Source of the DNA: Candidatus Hydrogenedentota bacterium
GTDB lineage: Bacteria; Hydrogenedentota; Hydrogenedentia; Hydrogenedentales; SLHB01
Length of the DNA stretch: 64,000 nucleotides
Direction: 5' to 3'
NCBI GenBank assembly: GCA_963674865.2
Contig: CAXXYE010000004.1
Location: forward strand, 448,001-512,000
The position numbers were made by a program, and so were the translations under genes. Below the pieces are notes generated by a model, which saw nothing but the letters and a program-made list of their open reading frames with translations, was not told the origin of the DNA and made no database searches. Of this stretch, positions 29,256 through 39,297 are shown piece by piece. How positions within the stretch are numbered: position 1 is the first letter of the stretch; every line of letters starts with the position of its first letter.

Positions 29256-30437
29256 CTAGGTTATCCAACCTTCTTGACGGAGGCGCTTATCGCCATCAGC
29301 GATCAGCCCGCCGAGGGGTGAGTCGTCCGGGATGCGGCAAATCGACTTCAGAACCCCCTCGAGGCCGTGGCGCCGCCTGACTTGCTGCAGCTTCGCGGCG
29401 GCTGCATCGCCTGGGTGATCGTACCGAATTGCAGCCGCCGCTGCAAACGCCACCCGGTGCGGCTCGATGTCCTGCTCAAGGCACATCAGGCCGGCGCCAA
29501 TCAGGCGGTCCTTGGGCCCGAGCTTGCGGACAGGGTCTTTGCAGATGCGCGCGACCTGGTCGCCCAGGGCCTTGTTTCCAAAGCGGCGGATTAGGTCGGC
29601 CCAGTGGTCCTTGAGAGCGGCCGTGTCGAGGCCGTGTTTCGCGGTCAATCCCTTGCTGGTCTCGGCAATGGCTGCGTCCGCTTCGGCTCGGATACGCGGG
29701 TCGTTGATGGCTTGCCAGATATACTCGTGCCCGCACAGGTAGCCCAAGTAGCCTGTGACAGCGTGTCCGGCGTTGTGAACAAAGAGCTTACGCTCGACAT
29801 AACCGGCGAAGTCTGGGTAGGGCCGCATGTTCTTCAACTCGGGGAGAGGGCCCTTGAAGGCGTCCGCATCGACGGGTAATTCGCAGTAGGCCTCCACACA
29901 AACAAGCAGCGGGTCCTCGGCCTTGTCCTTGGCCGACATGACGGGAACCATCCGCCCGATGCTGGCCTCGACGAAACCTACCTGGTTGTCGAGTGCCCTA
30001 TGATATGTCGCATCCAGGTGTTTGCGAACCTCCTCCCGCAGGAATGGCCCCGCGTTGATCATGTTCTCGCACACGATGATGTTGAGCGGCAAGGGCTTAG
30101 AACGTGAAAACCGCTTTGTCAGGCCCGCGGCAATGAGCGGGGCTATCTTGGGCAGGATGTTCACTCCCACAGCCGTAGCGGCAAGCTCGGCCTCGGCGAG
30201 GGCGGAGGCCACGGCCGGGATGTCCGATGCCTTAACGGCGGAGACATTGCCAATAGTCAACATCTCCGGTTCTTCATCGACGATCCGGAGGGGATAAGCG
30301 TGGCGCTCGTTGAGGCCGGCGACCACATCATCCACCACCTCTGCAAAGGTGGTGTGATATCCGGACTCGAAGAAGAGCTGGCCAAGGAAGCCGCGGCCGA
30401 TGTTGCCGGCTCCGAACTGTAAGGCTTTCTTAAACAC
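29256..30437 (-). CDS. Mannitol-1-phosphate 5-dehydrogenase family protein (MtlD-like)
   Basis: KKALQFGAGNIGRGF, TAVG, IVCEN, ERKLFVHNAGH, RKLGPKDRL; GTG start after GGGAG. Confidence 0.85.
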   Translation of the reverse strand: MFKKALQFGAGNIGRGFLGQLFFESGYHTTFAEVVDDVVAGLNERHAYPLRIVDEEPEMLTIGNVSAVKASDIPAVASALAEAELAATAVGVNILPKIAPLIAAGLTKRFSRSKPLPLNIIVCENMINAGPFLREEVRKHLDATYHRALDNQVGFVEASIGRMVPVMSAKDKAEDPLLVCVEAYCELPVDADAFKGPLPELKNMRPYPDFAGYVERKLFVHNAGHAVTGYLGYLCGHEYIWQAINDPRIRAEADAAIAETSKGLTAKHGLDTAALKDHWADLIRRFGNKALGDQVARICKDPVRKLGPKDRLIGAGLMCLEQDIEPHRVAFAAAAAIRYDHPGDAAAAKLQQVRRRHGLEGVLKSICRIPDDSPLGGLIADGDKRLRQEGWIT

Positions 30438-30598
30438 GCAATACTCCCGTTCGCTGTCGTTTATGACTGGGAACGGCCCATTATAGGGTGTTTCCGACTT
30501 ATTGTTGAAGTGAAAAAGACGCCCACGCAACTGAACCGGTTGCGGGTATTGCCGAGGCTGCACTACAATACAAAGCGGGTTGAGCGGAAAGGGCTTCA

Positions 30599-32452
30599 AT
30601 GGGTGGCAAATCGTCAATAGCCCCGGTGCGCCTCCTCCCGGAGGACGTTGCGAACAAGATCGCGGCGGGGGAGGTGGTCGAGCGCCCGGCCTCCGTCGTG
30701 AAGGAGCTCGTGGAGAACGCCCTAGATGCCCACGCCACGCGGATTGTCGTTCGTATCGTGGCCGCTGGACGCAGGGCCATCGAGGTGGTCGACAACGGGC
30801 ACGGCATGTCCGAACAGAACGCACTCTTGGCCATCGAGCGGCACGCAACAAGCAAGATCCGCAAGGCGGCTGACCTGGAAAACATTGCCACCCTTGGCTT
30901 TCGCGGGGAGGCGCTCCCCAGCATTGCGTCGGTATCACGCCTGGAGCTGGTGACGCGTCGTGCACAGGACGAATCAGGCACGCGAATCAGAATTGACGGC
31001 GGGGTCTTGCGTGACGTGGCTACCGTCGGCGTCCCGCCGGGCACACGCGTCACTGCCAACCGCCTCTATTTCAATACTCCCGTCCGGGCCAAGTTCCTGA
31101 AGGGCATCACGACGGAGTTGAGCCAGGCCATCGACGTGGTGCAGCGGCACGCCTTGGCGGAGGAGGGAGTGGGATTCCAACTACTCCACAATGAAAAAGT
31201 CCTGCTGGACATCCCGGAAAATGCCGGCCTGCGCGAGCGCGTGGCGCTCATCTGGGGCCTGAATTTCGTCAATGACATGGTTGAAGTCGAGGGTGAGCAA
31301 GCGGGGCTCCATATCCGGGGCCTCATTGGAACTCCGGCGCTGACGCGGGCGCAGCGGTCGTACCAGTTCTTTTTCCTGAACAAGCGCCCCGTGGTCAATC
31401 GATCATTGCAGTACGGCCTTCAAGACGGCTACAGGGGGCTCCTAACCATAGGCCGGTGCCCCGTGGCGGTACTGCTCCTGGAAATGCATCCACGGCTCGT
31501 GGATGTGAACATCCATCCCACGAAGCGGGAGATCCGGTTTCGGGACGAGCGGGCCGCGCACGACGCAGTCAGAGACCTTGTCCGCGATCGCTTGGCGCAA
31601 CTGACTGCTTCAGAGCGGCCGGAAGCCATCTTGGCCACTTCCGCGCCGCGAGCGTCCGTGCAGACGAAGGCTCAAGGCCCGCGCGAGGAAATGGACAGCT
31701 CACTCCCTGCCAAGCAGGCCCCTCTTCCGCAGCCTAGGGAAGCCCAGCCGGCCGAAGACGGTGGGAAGCCTGTCGGCCCGCCACCTGAGGTACAAACCGA
31801 CTTCATCGGCCCCGTCATGGAGGGGGATGCGGGGCAGGTTGAGCCATCCGCCGTTTTCGAATCGGTGCGTGGCATGGTGGCCGCGCCGATGCAGTTGTTC
31901 GATACCTACCTTCTGGTTCCCGAGGACGACCGCCTCTTGATCATTGACCAGCACGCCCTGCATGAGCGGCTGACGTACGACAGTCTCCGGGGCGACCTGG
32001 AGGACACGGAATACGCCGCCCAGCAGCTCGCTGTGCCACTCCTTGTGGATGTGCCGCCATCCCATGTGAAGCTTCTGGAAGCCAACCTCGACCTGTTCGC
32101 CCGCGTTGGTATCGAAATCGAGCCGTTTGGGGGAAACACCTTTCAAGTTACGGGCATATGCCACTTGTACGAGGAGTCGAGAGTCCCCGACGCCGTCTAC
32201 AGGGCGCTGGATGAGATAGCCCAAGGCGACCTGTTCGCCCGCGAGGACTTCATCGCCGACCTGTTGCGCCTGACGGTTGAAGCTTGCCGGGGCTCGGTGA
32301 AAGCCGGGGATAGGCTGTCGAATGAGGAGCGGCAGGGCCTCCTTGAGGGATTCAAAAGGCTGCGCCCGCCCTACACCTGCCCTCATGGCCGTCCGATCAT
32401 CACGGAACTCACCCAGATGCAGATGGAAAAGAGCTTCCGGAGAAGGCAGTGA
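30599..32452 (+). CDS. mutL: DNA mismatch repair protein MutL
   Basis: IAAGEVVERPASVVKELVENALDA, GFRGEALPSI, endonuclease DQHALHER, CPHGRP. Confidence 0.97.
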   Translation: MGGKSSIAPVRLLPEDVANKIAAGEVVERPASVVKELVENALDAHATRIVVRIVAAGRRAIEVVDNGHGMSEQNALLAIERHATSKIRKAADLENIATLGFRGEALPSIASVSRLELVTRRAQDESGTRIRIDGGVLRDVATVGVPPGTRVTANRLYFNTPVRAKFLKGITTELSQAIDVVQRHALAEEGVGFQLLHNEKVLLDIPENAGLRERVALIWGLNFVNDMVEVEGEQAGLHIRGLIGTPALTRAQRSYQFFFLNKRPVVNRSLQYGLQDGYRGLLTIGRCPVAVLLLEMHPRLVDVNIHPTKREIRFRDERAAHDAVRDLVRDRLAQLTASERPEAILATSAPRASVQTKAQGPREEMDSSLPAKQAPLPQPREAQPAEDGGKPVGPPPEVQTDFIGPVMEGDAGQVEPSAVFESVRGMVAAPMQLFDTYLLVPEDDRLLIIDQHALHERLTYDSLRGDLEDTEYAAQQLAVPLLVDVPPSHVKLLEANLDLFARVGIEIEPFGGNTFQVTGICHLYEESRVPDAVYRALDEIAQGDLFAREDFIADLLRLTVEACRGSVKAGDRLSNEERQGLLEGFKRLRPPYTCPHGRPIITELTQMQMEKSFRRRQ

Positions 32453-33369
32453 CCCAGCTTCTTGTGGTGACGGGGCCAACAGCTTCCGGGAAAACCGCCG
32501 TCGGCATAGCCTTGGCTAGGCGGCTGGGCACCGAGATCATCTCGGCGGATTCCATGCAGTTCTACAAAGGGATGGAAATCGGCACCGTCGCCCCCACCGA
32601 GGAGGACCTGGCGGCGGTTAGGCATCATTTCGTGAGTTTCCTGGCCCCGTGCGAGCACTTCTCAGCGGGAGAGTTCCAGAAGGTGGCCCGACACGTCGTA
32701 GAGGGCCTGAATGAGCGGGGAAAGACCGCGGTCGCCGTCGGCGGCTCCGGGTTGTACGTCCGGGCGCTGGTAGACGGGCTGTTCCCGGGCCCGGGAAGAG
32801 ACGCCGAGATCAGAGCAAGCCTGGCGGAAAAGGCCGACACGGAAGGTGTCCCAGCGCTCTACGAGCGTCTGAAAACTGTGGATTGGGAGTACGCCGCCGC
32901 CATCAACTCAAACGACCTACGGCGGATTGTCCGGGCACTTGAAGTGTATGAGTTGACGGGACGGCCGCTGTCCGCACTGCACCGGGAACACCGAGAACGA
33001 ACCAAGCCTTTGGACGCCATCCAGGTGGCCTTTGACTATCCACGGGAGGTTCTATACGAGCGAATAAACGCCCGGGTAGACAAGCTGCTGCAACAGGGAC
33101 TTCTCGAAGAGGTAAGACTTTTGCTTGAAAAGGGTTACGGTGGACATATCGAGCGGCTGCGCTCCCTCGGATACCGCGAAATGGCTAGCTATCTGCGCGG
33201 GGAGTGCAGCCTTGACGAGGCCACACAGCTCATGAAACAGAATACGCGCCGGTTCGCGAAACGCCAGCTCAGCTGGTTCCGAGGAGACCGGCGTATCCAT
33301 TGGTTCCCTGTTGACACGCAAACGCCTCCTGAAGAGCACACGGAGGCCATTCTCGCCCTCCTCGCCTAG
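32449..33369 (+). CDS. miaA: tRNA dimethylallyltransferase
   Basis: GPTASGKT, DSMQFY, GGSGLY, AKRQLSWFR; overlaps mutL stop. Confidence 0.96.
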   Translation: MTQLLVVTGPTASGKTAVGIALARRLGTEIISADSMQFYKGMEIGTVAPTEEDLAAVRHHFVSFLAPCEHFSAGEFQKVARHVVEGLNERGKTAVAVGGSGLYVRALVDGLFPGPGRDAEIRASLAEKADTEGVPALYERLKTVDWEYAAAINSNDLRRIVRALEVYELTGRPLSALHREHRERTKPLDAIQVAFDYPREVLYERINARVDKLLQQGLLEEVRLLLEKGYGGHIERLRSLGYREMASYLRGECSLDEATQLMKQNTRRFAKRQLSWFRGDRRIHWFPVDTQTPPEEHTEAILALLA

Positions 33370-33472
33370 GCGCAAGAGTATCTTCACTGCCACTTCCAAG
33401 TGACGCCCCCTGCTTCATAAGCAATTAGTAATAAATCAGTTATGTTATGTTCTGCCAGTCCGCTTCAAACAT

Positions 33473-33501
33473 TTGACTTAAACATACGTTTGAGTTACAA
33501 T
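33473..33501 (+). promoter_or_regulatory. Sigma70 promoter with overlapping palindromic operator
   Basis: TTGACT-N17-TACAAT; 33476-33495 acttaaac-atac-gtttgagt is a 7/8 inverted repeat. Confidence 0.75.
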
Positions 33502-33537
33502 CGCTCTAGTTGTGCGTTGCACAAGCGAGGATTGCCC

Positions 33538-34236
33538 ATGGCCCACGAATCTCACGACACGAAAGAAGCGCTCCTGCTGGCCGCGGGTGAGCTCTTTGCC
33601 GAGCGGGGATATGACGGTACAAGCATCCGCGCTATCGCTGAGAAGGCGAAAGCCAACATTGCCGCCATTAACTACCATTTCGGCAGCAAAGACGCTCTCT
33701 ACGCGAGCGTCCTGGGCCACGTCTGCCGCAAGGTCCATTTCGCGGATGCGGGCTATCTCGAGTCCGTCCGGGGGGCGGCCTCGGCCCAGGAGAAGGCCAA
33801 CATCCTCCGTGATGCCACTCGGGCCGTCTTCGCCAAAGATTTCGCTCCGGGTCGGCCGGCGTGGCACACGCGCATGATCATGCGCAGCCTTATGGAGCCT
33901 TCGCCCGCGTTGCAGAAGGTGGTCCACGATGTATTCCGTCCGGAATTCGAGGCGTTGAAGGCTATCTTCCGCGCGGCGAAGCCGACTCTGACGGAGGAGG
34001 ATGCGGAGTTCATGGTGTTTTCCCTGGCCGGACAGGAGATGTTCTACTCTTTTGCCCAGTCAGGCGTCCTGATTCTTCTCGGGCGACGGGATTACGAGCC
34101 GGCCTTCCTAGAGAAAGCTATTGAACACGTGGCGCGATGTGTCACGGCGGCGCTTGGGCTGCCCGCTCCGTCTCTACCAGACAATCAATCCGGGGATCTT
34201 TCAGCATTTGATGAGGAAGGTGAACATGCAGAGTAA
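33538..34236 (+). CDS. TetR family regulator (CerR/CecR-like C-terminal domain)
   Basis: TKEALLLAAGELFAERGYDGTSIRAIAEKAKANIAAINYHFGSKDALY. Confidence 0.92.
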   Translation: MAHESHDTKEALLLAAGELFAERGYDGTSIRAIAEKAKANIAAINYHFGSKDALYASVLGHVCRKVHFADAGYLESVRGAASAQEKANILRDATRAVFAKDFAPGRPAWHTRMIMRSLMEPSPALQKVVHDVFRPEFEALKAIFRAAKPTLTEEDAEFMVFSLAGQEMFYSFAQSGVLILLGRRDYEPAFLEKAIEHVARCVTAALGLPAPSLPDNQSGDLSAFDEEGEHAE

Positions 34237-35440
34237 GTGGAAACGATGGGTCATCTTTGTGGCGTTGGTGCTCGTCCTGGCCGGAGGCTTTGGCGTCTAT
34301 GCACGCACGCGGAATAGCGAGGGTGCTGCGAGCGCATCTTCCGAGAGTAGTGCGGGGGCCGAGAATGGGCGCGTTCCAGTTGTCCTGTCTCCAGTAGCAA
34401 TGCACGACTTCGAGGAGCGCCTTACGGTGCAGGGCAACCTGGAGGCGAAGGACTACGCGATGGTTCCCGCCCGAATCGGCGGTGTAATCCAAGCCATGTA
34501 CGTGAAAGAGGGCGATATTGCCGTTGCGGGCGAGACGAAACTCTTTCAGGTTGACGCTCTGAAGCCGCAGAAAGCCGTCGAGGCCAACCGGCAGGCTCTG
34601 GCGGTTGCCCGCTGCGCCACGCGTGAAAAGGAAGCGAACTTGGAGCGTGTCGAGGCCGACTTCGAGAAAGCCGAACTCGACCTCAAGAGATTCGAGGATC
34701 TACATGCTGCGAAGGCCGTCTCTCAAGACGCTCTTGAACAGCAGCAATCTCGATACAAACAAGCGCGCGCCGGGCGGAAGCACGCCGTCAGTCTGGTCGA
34801 ACTCGCCAAGGAGCAGGAGCGGCAGGCGGAGACTGCCCTGGCCATCGCCGAGAAGGACTTGAGCGACACGCTGGTTCGCGCGCCGATTAGCGGCCGTGTT
34901 AGCCTGCAGCTTCAGGAAGTGGGGGAGATGGCGGAGACTGGCAAGCCGGTCTTCAGGATCGATGATCCCGCCGTGCTCGAAATGTCCGCATTTCTGCCCG
35001 CTGAGTACTACGCGCGTATTAGCGTGGCAAAGACCATGGCACGCGTCATGGTGGCCGGCACAGATCCACAGGAGTACACCATCTCATACAAGAGTCCGAC
35101 GATTGAACCGAAACTACGAACTTTCGAAGTGAAGTGTCTGCTTGAACACCCGCCCGAGGGCGTTGTCCCGGGCGCTATTGCCGAGGTGGCCGTATTGCTG
35201 GAGAGACGCGCGGCGTGGGGCGTGCCGACGGAGGCGATTCAGGGGCGGGGCGGCAGCAGCGTGGTGTTTACGGTAGACAATGAAACGGCGCGACTAATGG
35301 AAGTGGAGCCTGGCCTCGAGACGGATGGATGGACGGAGGTGCAAGGCGAATCCATCGCGGGAGGAATTGGAGTCGTTACGATGGGGCAGCATCTCTTGGA
35401 TGACGGCTCCCGCGTGACTGTGCGTAAAGGGGCTGCCTGA
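34226..35440 (+). CDS. RND efflux periplasmic adaptor (MFP)
   Basis: N-terminal anchor, coiled-coil hairpin, VRAPISG, RTFEVK. Confidence 0.9.
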   Translation: MQSKWKRWVIFVALVLVLAGGFGVYARTRNSEGAASASSESSAGAENGRVPVVLSPVAMHDFEERLTVQGNLEAKDYAMVPARIGGVIQAMYVKEGDIAVAGETKLFQVDALKPQKAVEANRQALAVARCATREKEANLERVEADFEKAELDLKRFEDLHAAKAVSQDALEQQQSRYKQARAGRKHAVSLVELAKEQERQAETALAIAEKDLSDTLVRAPISGRVSLQLQEVGEMAETGKPVFRIDDPAVLEMSAFLPAEYYARISVAKTMARVMVAGTDPQEYTISYKSPTIEPKLRTFEVKCLLEHPPEGVVPGAIAEVAVLLERRAAWGVPTEAIQGRGGSSVVFTVDNETARLMEVEPGLETDGWTEVQGESIAGGIGVVTMGQHLLDDGSRVTVRKGAA

Positions 35441-38400
35441 TGTTTCTCTCAAATGCTTCCATCCGCCGCCCCGTGGCGATGTCGTGCCTCATCATTGGGC
35501 TGGCGCTGCTCGGATTCAATGCTTACCGCAAGATGGGCCTCGAGATGCTGCCCAAAGTTGATGTGCCGTACGTCACTATTGTGACGATCTATCCTGGAGC
35601 AAGTCCGGAAGAGATTGAAACGGACATAGCCAAGCGCATCGAAGATCAGATGGTCTCTATTGACGGACTCAAACATGTGAACTCGTCTTGCATGGAGAAT
35701 GCCTGCCAGACCTTCCTTGAATTCCAAATTGATGTGGACGTGGACGTCGCGGCAACGGACGTCAGGGAAAAACTGGATCTAATCCGCTCGGACTTCCCAG
35801 AGGGTGTCGAAGATCCGCAGGTCATGAAATATGACGTCAATGCCACGCCCATCATCACGCTGGCGCTGACGGGCGACGTGTCGGTTGACGAGTTATATGA
35901 CTTCGCTGACAACACCCTCCGCGATCGCATCACCGTTATTTCGGGGGTGGCCGACGTCCAATTACTCGGCGGGGCGGAGCGGGAAGTCCACGTCTCACTC
36001 GATCGGGAGAAACTGGCGGCGCGAGGGCTATCGAGCATGGACGTGGTCCAGGCGATACAGCAGGGCGTGCGCACCATTCCCTCAGGCCGTGTTCGCGAGG
36101 GCGGCACTGAATATGCCGTGAAATTTGACGCCGACTACAAGAGCGTCCAAGACATCGGAAAACTCGAGGTAGCCAACGAGAACGGACAGCGATGTTATAT
36201 CAAGGACGTAAGCGTCGGCCTTCCGGAGATGGCTACGGAAGAGTTGCGTCAGAAGGCTTACATCGATGGGCGGCCGTGCGTTGGGATTAAGGTGGTAAAA
36301 AAAGCGGATGCAAACGCCGTAGAGGTAGTGAGACGCGTCAAAGAAGCGATGGCGCAGTTGAACGAGGATCTTCCCGGAGGCATGGATCTTGTCTGGATAA
36401 CGGACGATGGGAGCTTCATCGAGGCCACGGTCAAGAGCGCATGGATAAACATTGCCCAGGGCATTCTCTTGACGGCTTGCATCCTCTTCCTGTTCTTGTA
36501 CAACTTCAGGTCCACCTTGGTTATTGCCGTCACCATGCCGCTGACGATCGTCGTCGGCCTTTTCTTCATGCACTTCGTGGACTTCACGCTGAACGCGATG
36601 ACTCTTCTCGCTATCGGCATGTCGGTTGGTATTCTTGTCACGAATTCGATTGTTGTCCTTGAGGCCATTGTCAAGCGTCTGGATGAGAGCGGCGACCCCG
36701 CCGCCGCCTCGAGAATCGGCGCCGGGGAAGCCGGCATCGCGGTGCTGGCAAGTGCGGCGACCAATGTCGTCGTGCTCTTTCCCATCGCCATGATGGGAGG
36801 ACGGGTCGGCCTCTTCATCAAACCATTCGCCCTCACCATGGTAATTATGACGGTGGTGTCTCTCTTCATCTCGTTCACGCTAACGCCGATCTTGTGTGCC
36901 CTCATACTTCGTCCAAGAGACGCAACACGCCGCGGATTCCTCTACAGGATGGAGACGATGTGGAACCGGGGCATGGATCGCGTCATCCACGTCTATCGAG
37001 TGATTCTCCGCTTCAACGAGCGGCACCGCATGGCGGCTGTCTTGGTATTGCTCCTCGCCGTGTTCTCCCTGATGCATTCTTTTTCTCTGGCCAAGAGAAT
37101 TGGCTTCGGATTTGTCCCGAAATGCGATCGCGGGGAGGTCATGGCAAAACTGGAATTTCCGACGCGATATGACTTAGGCCAGACGGTAGACCGAGTTCTT
37201 GAGGCGCAGGTGAGACTCACGGACCTGCCGGAGTTGGAGCATATTCTTAGCCAGGTGGGGAAGGTTGAGGGAATCATCGGGCAATCTACTGAAGGCGTAT
37301 ACCTCGCGCAAGTCCTGCTGAAGTTCTCCGAACGCGACAAGCGCGACATCACGCTGGACGAACTTGTCGAAGAGGTTCGCTCCAGGCTAGCCGGTATTCC
37401 CGATACTATTGTCACCGTGATGATCCCAGACATCGTGGGGGGGCAGAGCACAGACATCGAATTGGAGATCGCCGGAGAGGAACTGGACGTCTTGGATAGA
37501 CTCGCCTTGCGGACGAAAACGCTCGCAGGAGCACTCGAAGGCTTGGCCGACGAAGATACCACGGTGCGAACCGGAAAGCCTGAGCTTCGTGTGACGCCCA
37601 AACGGGCGATTCTCGCGGACCTAGGCATTCCGGCCACCGGTATTGGCTACGCCTTGCGCGCGAATCTCGAAGGCATCGTGGCGGGAACATACAAGGAAAA
37701 CGCGCGGAATTATGACATCGTCGTCAAGCTCAAGGACCGAGAAGGGAAGGACCAGGTAGCACAGTTTCTCTTTCCGGGCGCCCCCGGCCGCCCCGTTATC
37801 CTGACTAACCTTGGCAACGTTGAGCAAAGCCTGGCCCCGGTACAGATCACGCGAAAGGACAAACAGCGCGCAGCAAAGTTTCTGGCCAATCTTGAAGGAG
37901 GCAAACCGCTCGGCACGGCCGCGGACGACATTAACACCGTCATTCGTGAGCAAGGCGACTTCCCGCCGGGATACAGCCATACCTTTGCCGGCATGTACGA
38001 GGTGATGGCGGAAGGGCAGACCGCTATGGGGGAAGCCGCGCTCGTGGCCATCATACTCGTCATTCTGACACTGGCCGCCGTTCTTGAGTCTTTCAAACAG
38101 CCCTGGCTTATTCTTGTCACCCTGCCTCTGGCGCTGATCGGCATGTTCTGGGCCTTGTTCATCGCTCAACAGAGCATTTCCATTTTCGTCCTGATGGGCG
38201 CCGTGATGCTGATCGGCATTGTCGTCAACAACGCCATCCTGATCATGGACCAGTTCAACGTCCATGTGGGAGAGGGAATCCCGCGTCACCGGGCCATGGT
38301 GACGGCCGCCTGCGAACGCTTCCGTCCTGTTGCCATGATCACCCTGGCAGCCGTGCTTGGTATGCTCCCTCTGGCCCTGGGTCGCGGCATCGGCGCAGAA

Positions 38401-38550
38401 ATGAGAAACGACGTGGGTGTCGCATCCGTCGGCGGCATTCTCGTGTCGGGGGTCTTGACGCTCATCGTCGTACCGATCCTCTACGACTTGTGCACTCGGG
38501 GCCAGGCAGGGGCTACTGACGCTATCCCGGCCAAGAGCGAAAATGAATGA
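35440..38550 (+). CDS. RND efflux permease (AcrB/AcrD/AcrF family)
   Basis: SIRRPV, YPGASPEEIE, two TM bundles, FISFTLTP, ERFRP, 1036 aa. Confidence 0.93.
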   Translation: MFLSNASIRRPVAMSCLIIGLALLGFNAYRKMGLEMLPKVDVPYVTIVTIYPGASPEEIETDIAKRIEDQMVSIDGLKHVNSSCMENACQTFLEFQIDVDVDVAATDVREKLDLIRSDFPEGVEDPQVMKYDVNATPIITLALTGDVSVDELYDFADNTLRDRITVISGVADVQLLGGAEREVHVSLDREKLAARGLSSMDVVQAIQQGVRTIPSGRVREGGTEYAVKFDADYKSVQDIGKLEVANENGQRCYIKDVSVGLPEMATEELRQKAYIDGRPCVGIKVVKKADANAVEVVRRVKEAMAQLNEDLPGGMDLVWITDDGSFIEATVKSAWINIAQGILLTACILFLFLYNFRSTLVIAVTMPLTIVVGLFFMHFVDFTLNAMTLLAIGMSVGILVTNSIVVLEAIVKRLDESGDPAAASRIGAGEAGIAVLASAATNVVVLFPIAMMGGRVGLFIKPFALTMVIMTVVSLFISFTLTPILCALILRPRDATRRGFLYRMETMWNRGMDRVIHVYRVILRFNERHRMAAVLVLLLAVFSLMHSFSLAKRIGFGFVPKCDRGEVMAKLEFPTRYDLGQTVDRVLEAQVRLTDLPELEHILSQVGKVEGIIGQSTEGVYLAQVLLKFSERDKRDITLDELVEEVRSRLAGIPDTIVTVMIPDIVGGQSTDIELEIAGEELDVLDRLALRTKTLAGALEGLADEDTTVRTGKPELRVTPKRAILADLGIPATGIGYALRANLEGIVAGTYKENARNYDIVVKLKDREGKDQVAQFLFPGAPGRPVILTNLGNVEQSLAPVQITRKDKQRAAKFLANLEGGKPLGTAADDINTVIREQGDFPPGYSHTFAGMYEVMAEGQTAMGEAALVAIILVILTLAAVLESFKQPWLILVTLPLALIGMFWALFIAQQSISIFVLMGAVMLIGIVVNNAILIMDQFNVHVGEGIPRHRAMVTAACERFRPVAMITLAAVLGMLPLALGRGIGAEMRNDVGVASVGGILVSGVLTLIVVPILYDLCTRGQAGATDAIPAKSENE

Positions 38551-39297
38551 TCCTCCCCGCCTGGACAGATTGTTGCCACGGTTCCTCGGGCTCAACAACA
38601 TCTTGGAGAAGGCGCGGCGCCAATCGTTGGATGCCGTGACGATACCGAGTAAACAACATCTGCAAAGTGCTATCTTTCACGGGGCAGGCCTACCTACCGG
38701 ACGAATCCATTTACATCGCCCCCTCTACGCCTTTCCAGAGAAACGCCGGAACCGCAATCCTTGCCGTGAACCCGGCAGATGGTAGAAAGGGATGCAGTGT
38801 AGGAGAGGCGCTTCATCCATGTCGTACCCGCTGCGGCTGAACTCCGCAGCCTGAGCCGGGATGGCTCGCTGTGGGCGAGTGCACCGGGGGCTGCGCATAT
38901 GCTGCGGGTGCTTTTCCCAGAACGAGCAAGCCGCATCGATCGACCTCAAGTCCCTCGCTCATGCCTTAAGCCTGCTCACGCTTGCTGCGTTACTATATAT
39001 CATAAAACTGCGCAAACCGACAGAATACTCAAGACCAGCCTTGTAGGCCGCCGGACCTGTCCAACTCCCCTGAAACTCGTCTGTAGCCAACCTGTTTGAG
39101 GAAGAAAGCCGCGGCACAACTCTTTTGGGCTGAAGCACTTTTGCAGTGTCTCCCCAGTCGGCGCTGTGGGACAGGGCAGGTACCTTGGCGTGGCCACACA
39201 CTCCTTCACGTCTTTGCATTTTATCTGACTCAAGGTGTACCGTGATGCCATTGCAAGGCGTTAAGACTGAGGGGACTTTCGGAGGGGACCTGCGCGG

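Noticed and set aside
30438..30965. N-terminal extension of the MtlD-like ORF (likewise extensions at 8318, 15498, 52254, 62138)
   Set aside because: Extensions overlap neighbouring genes and have no family motifs; internal starts with RBS fit better.
38572..38661. Two GTTG...AACAAC segments resembling CRISPR repeats
   Set aside because: Only two units, different lengths, interiors not conserved, no cas genes in the window.
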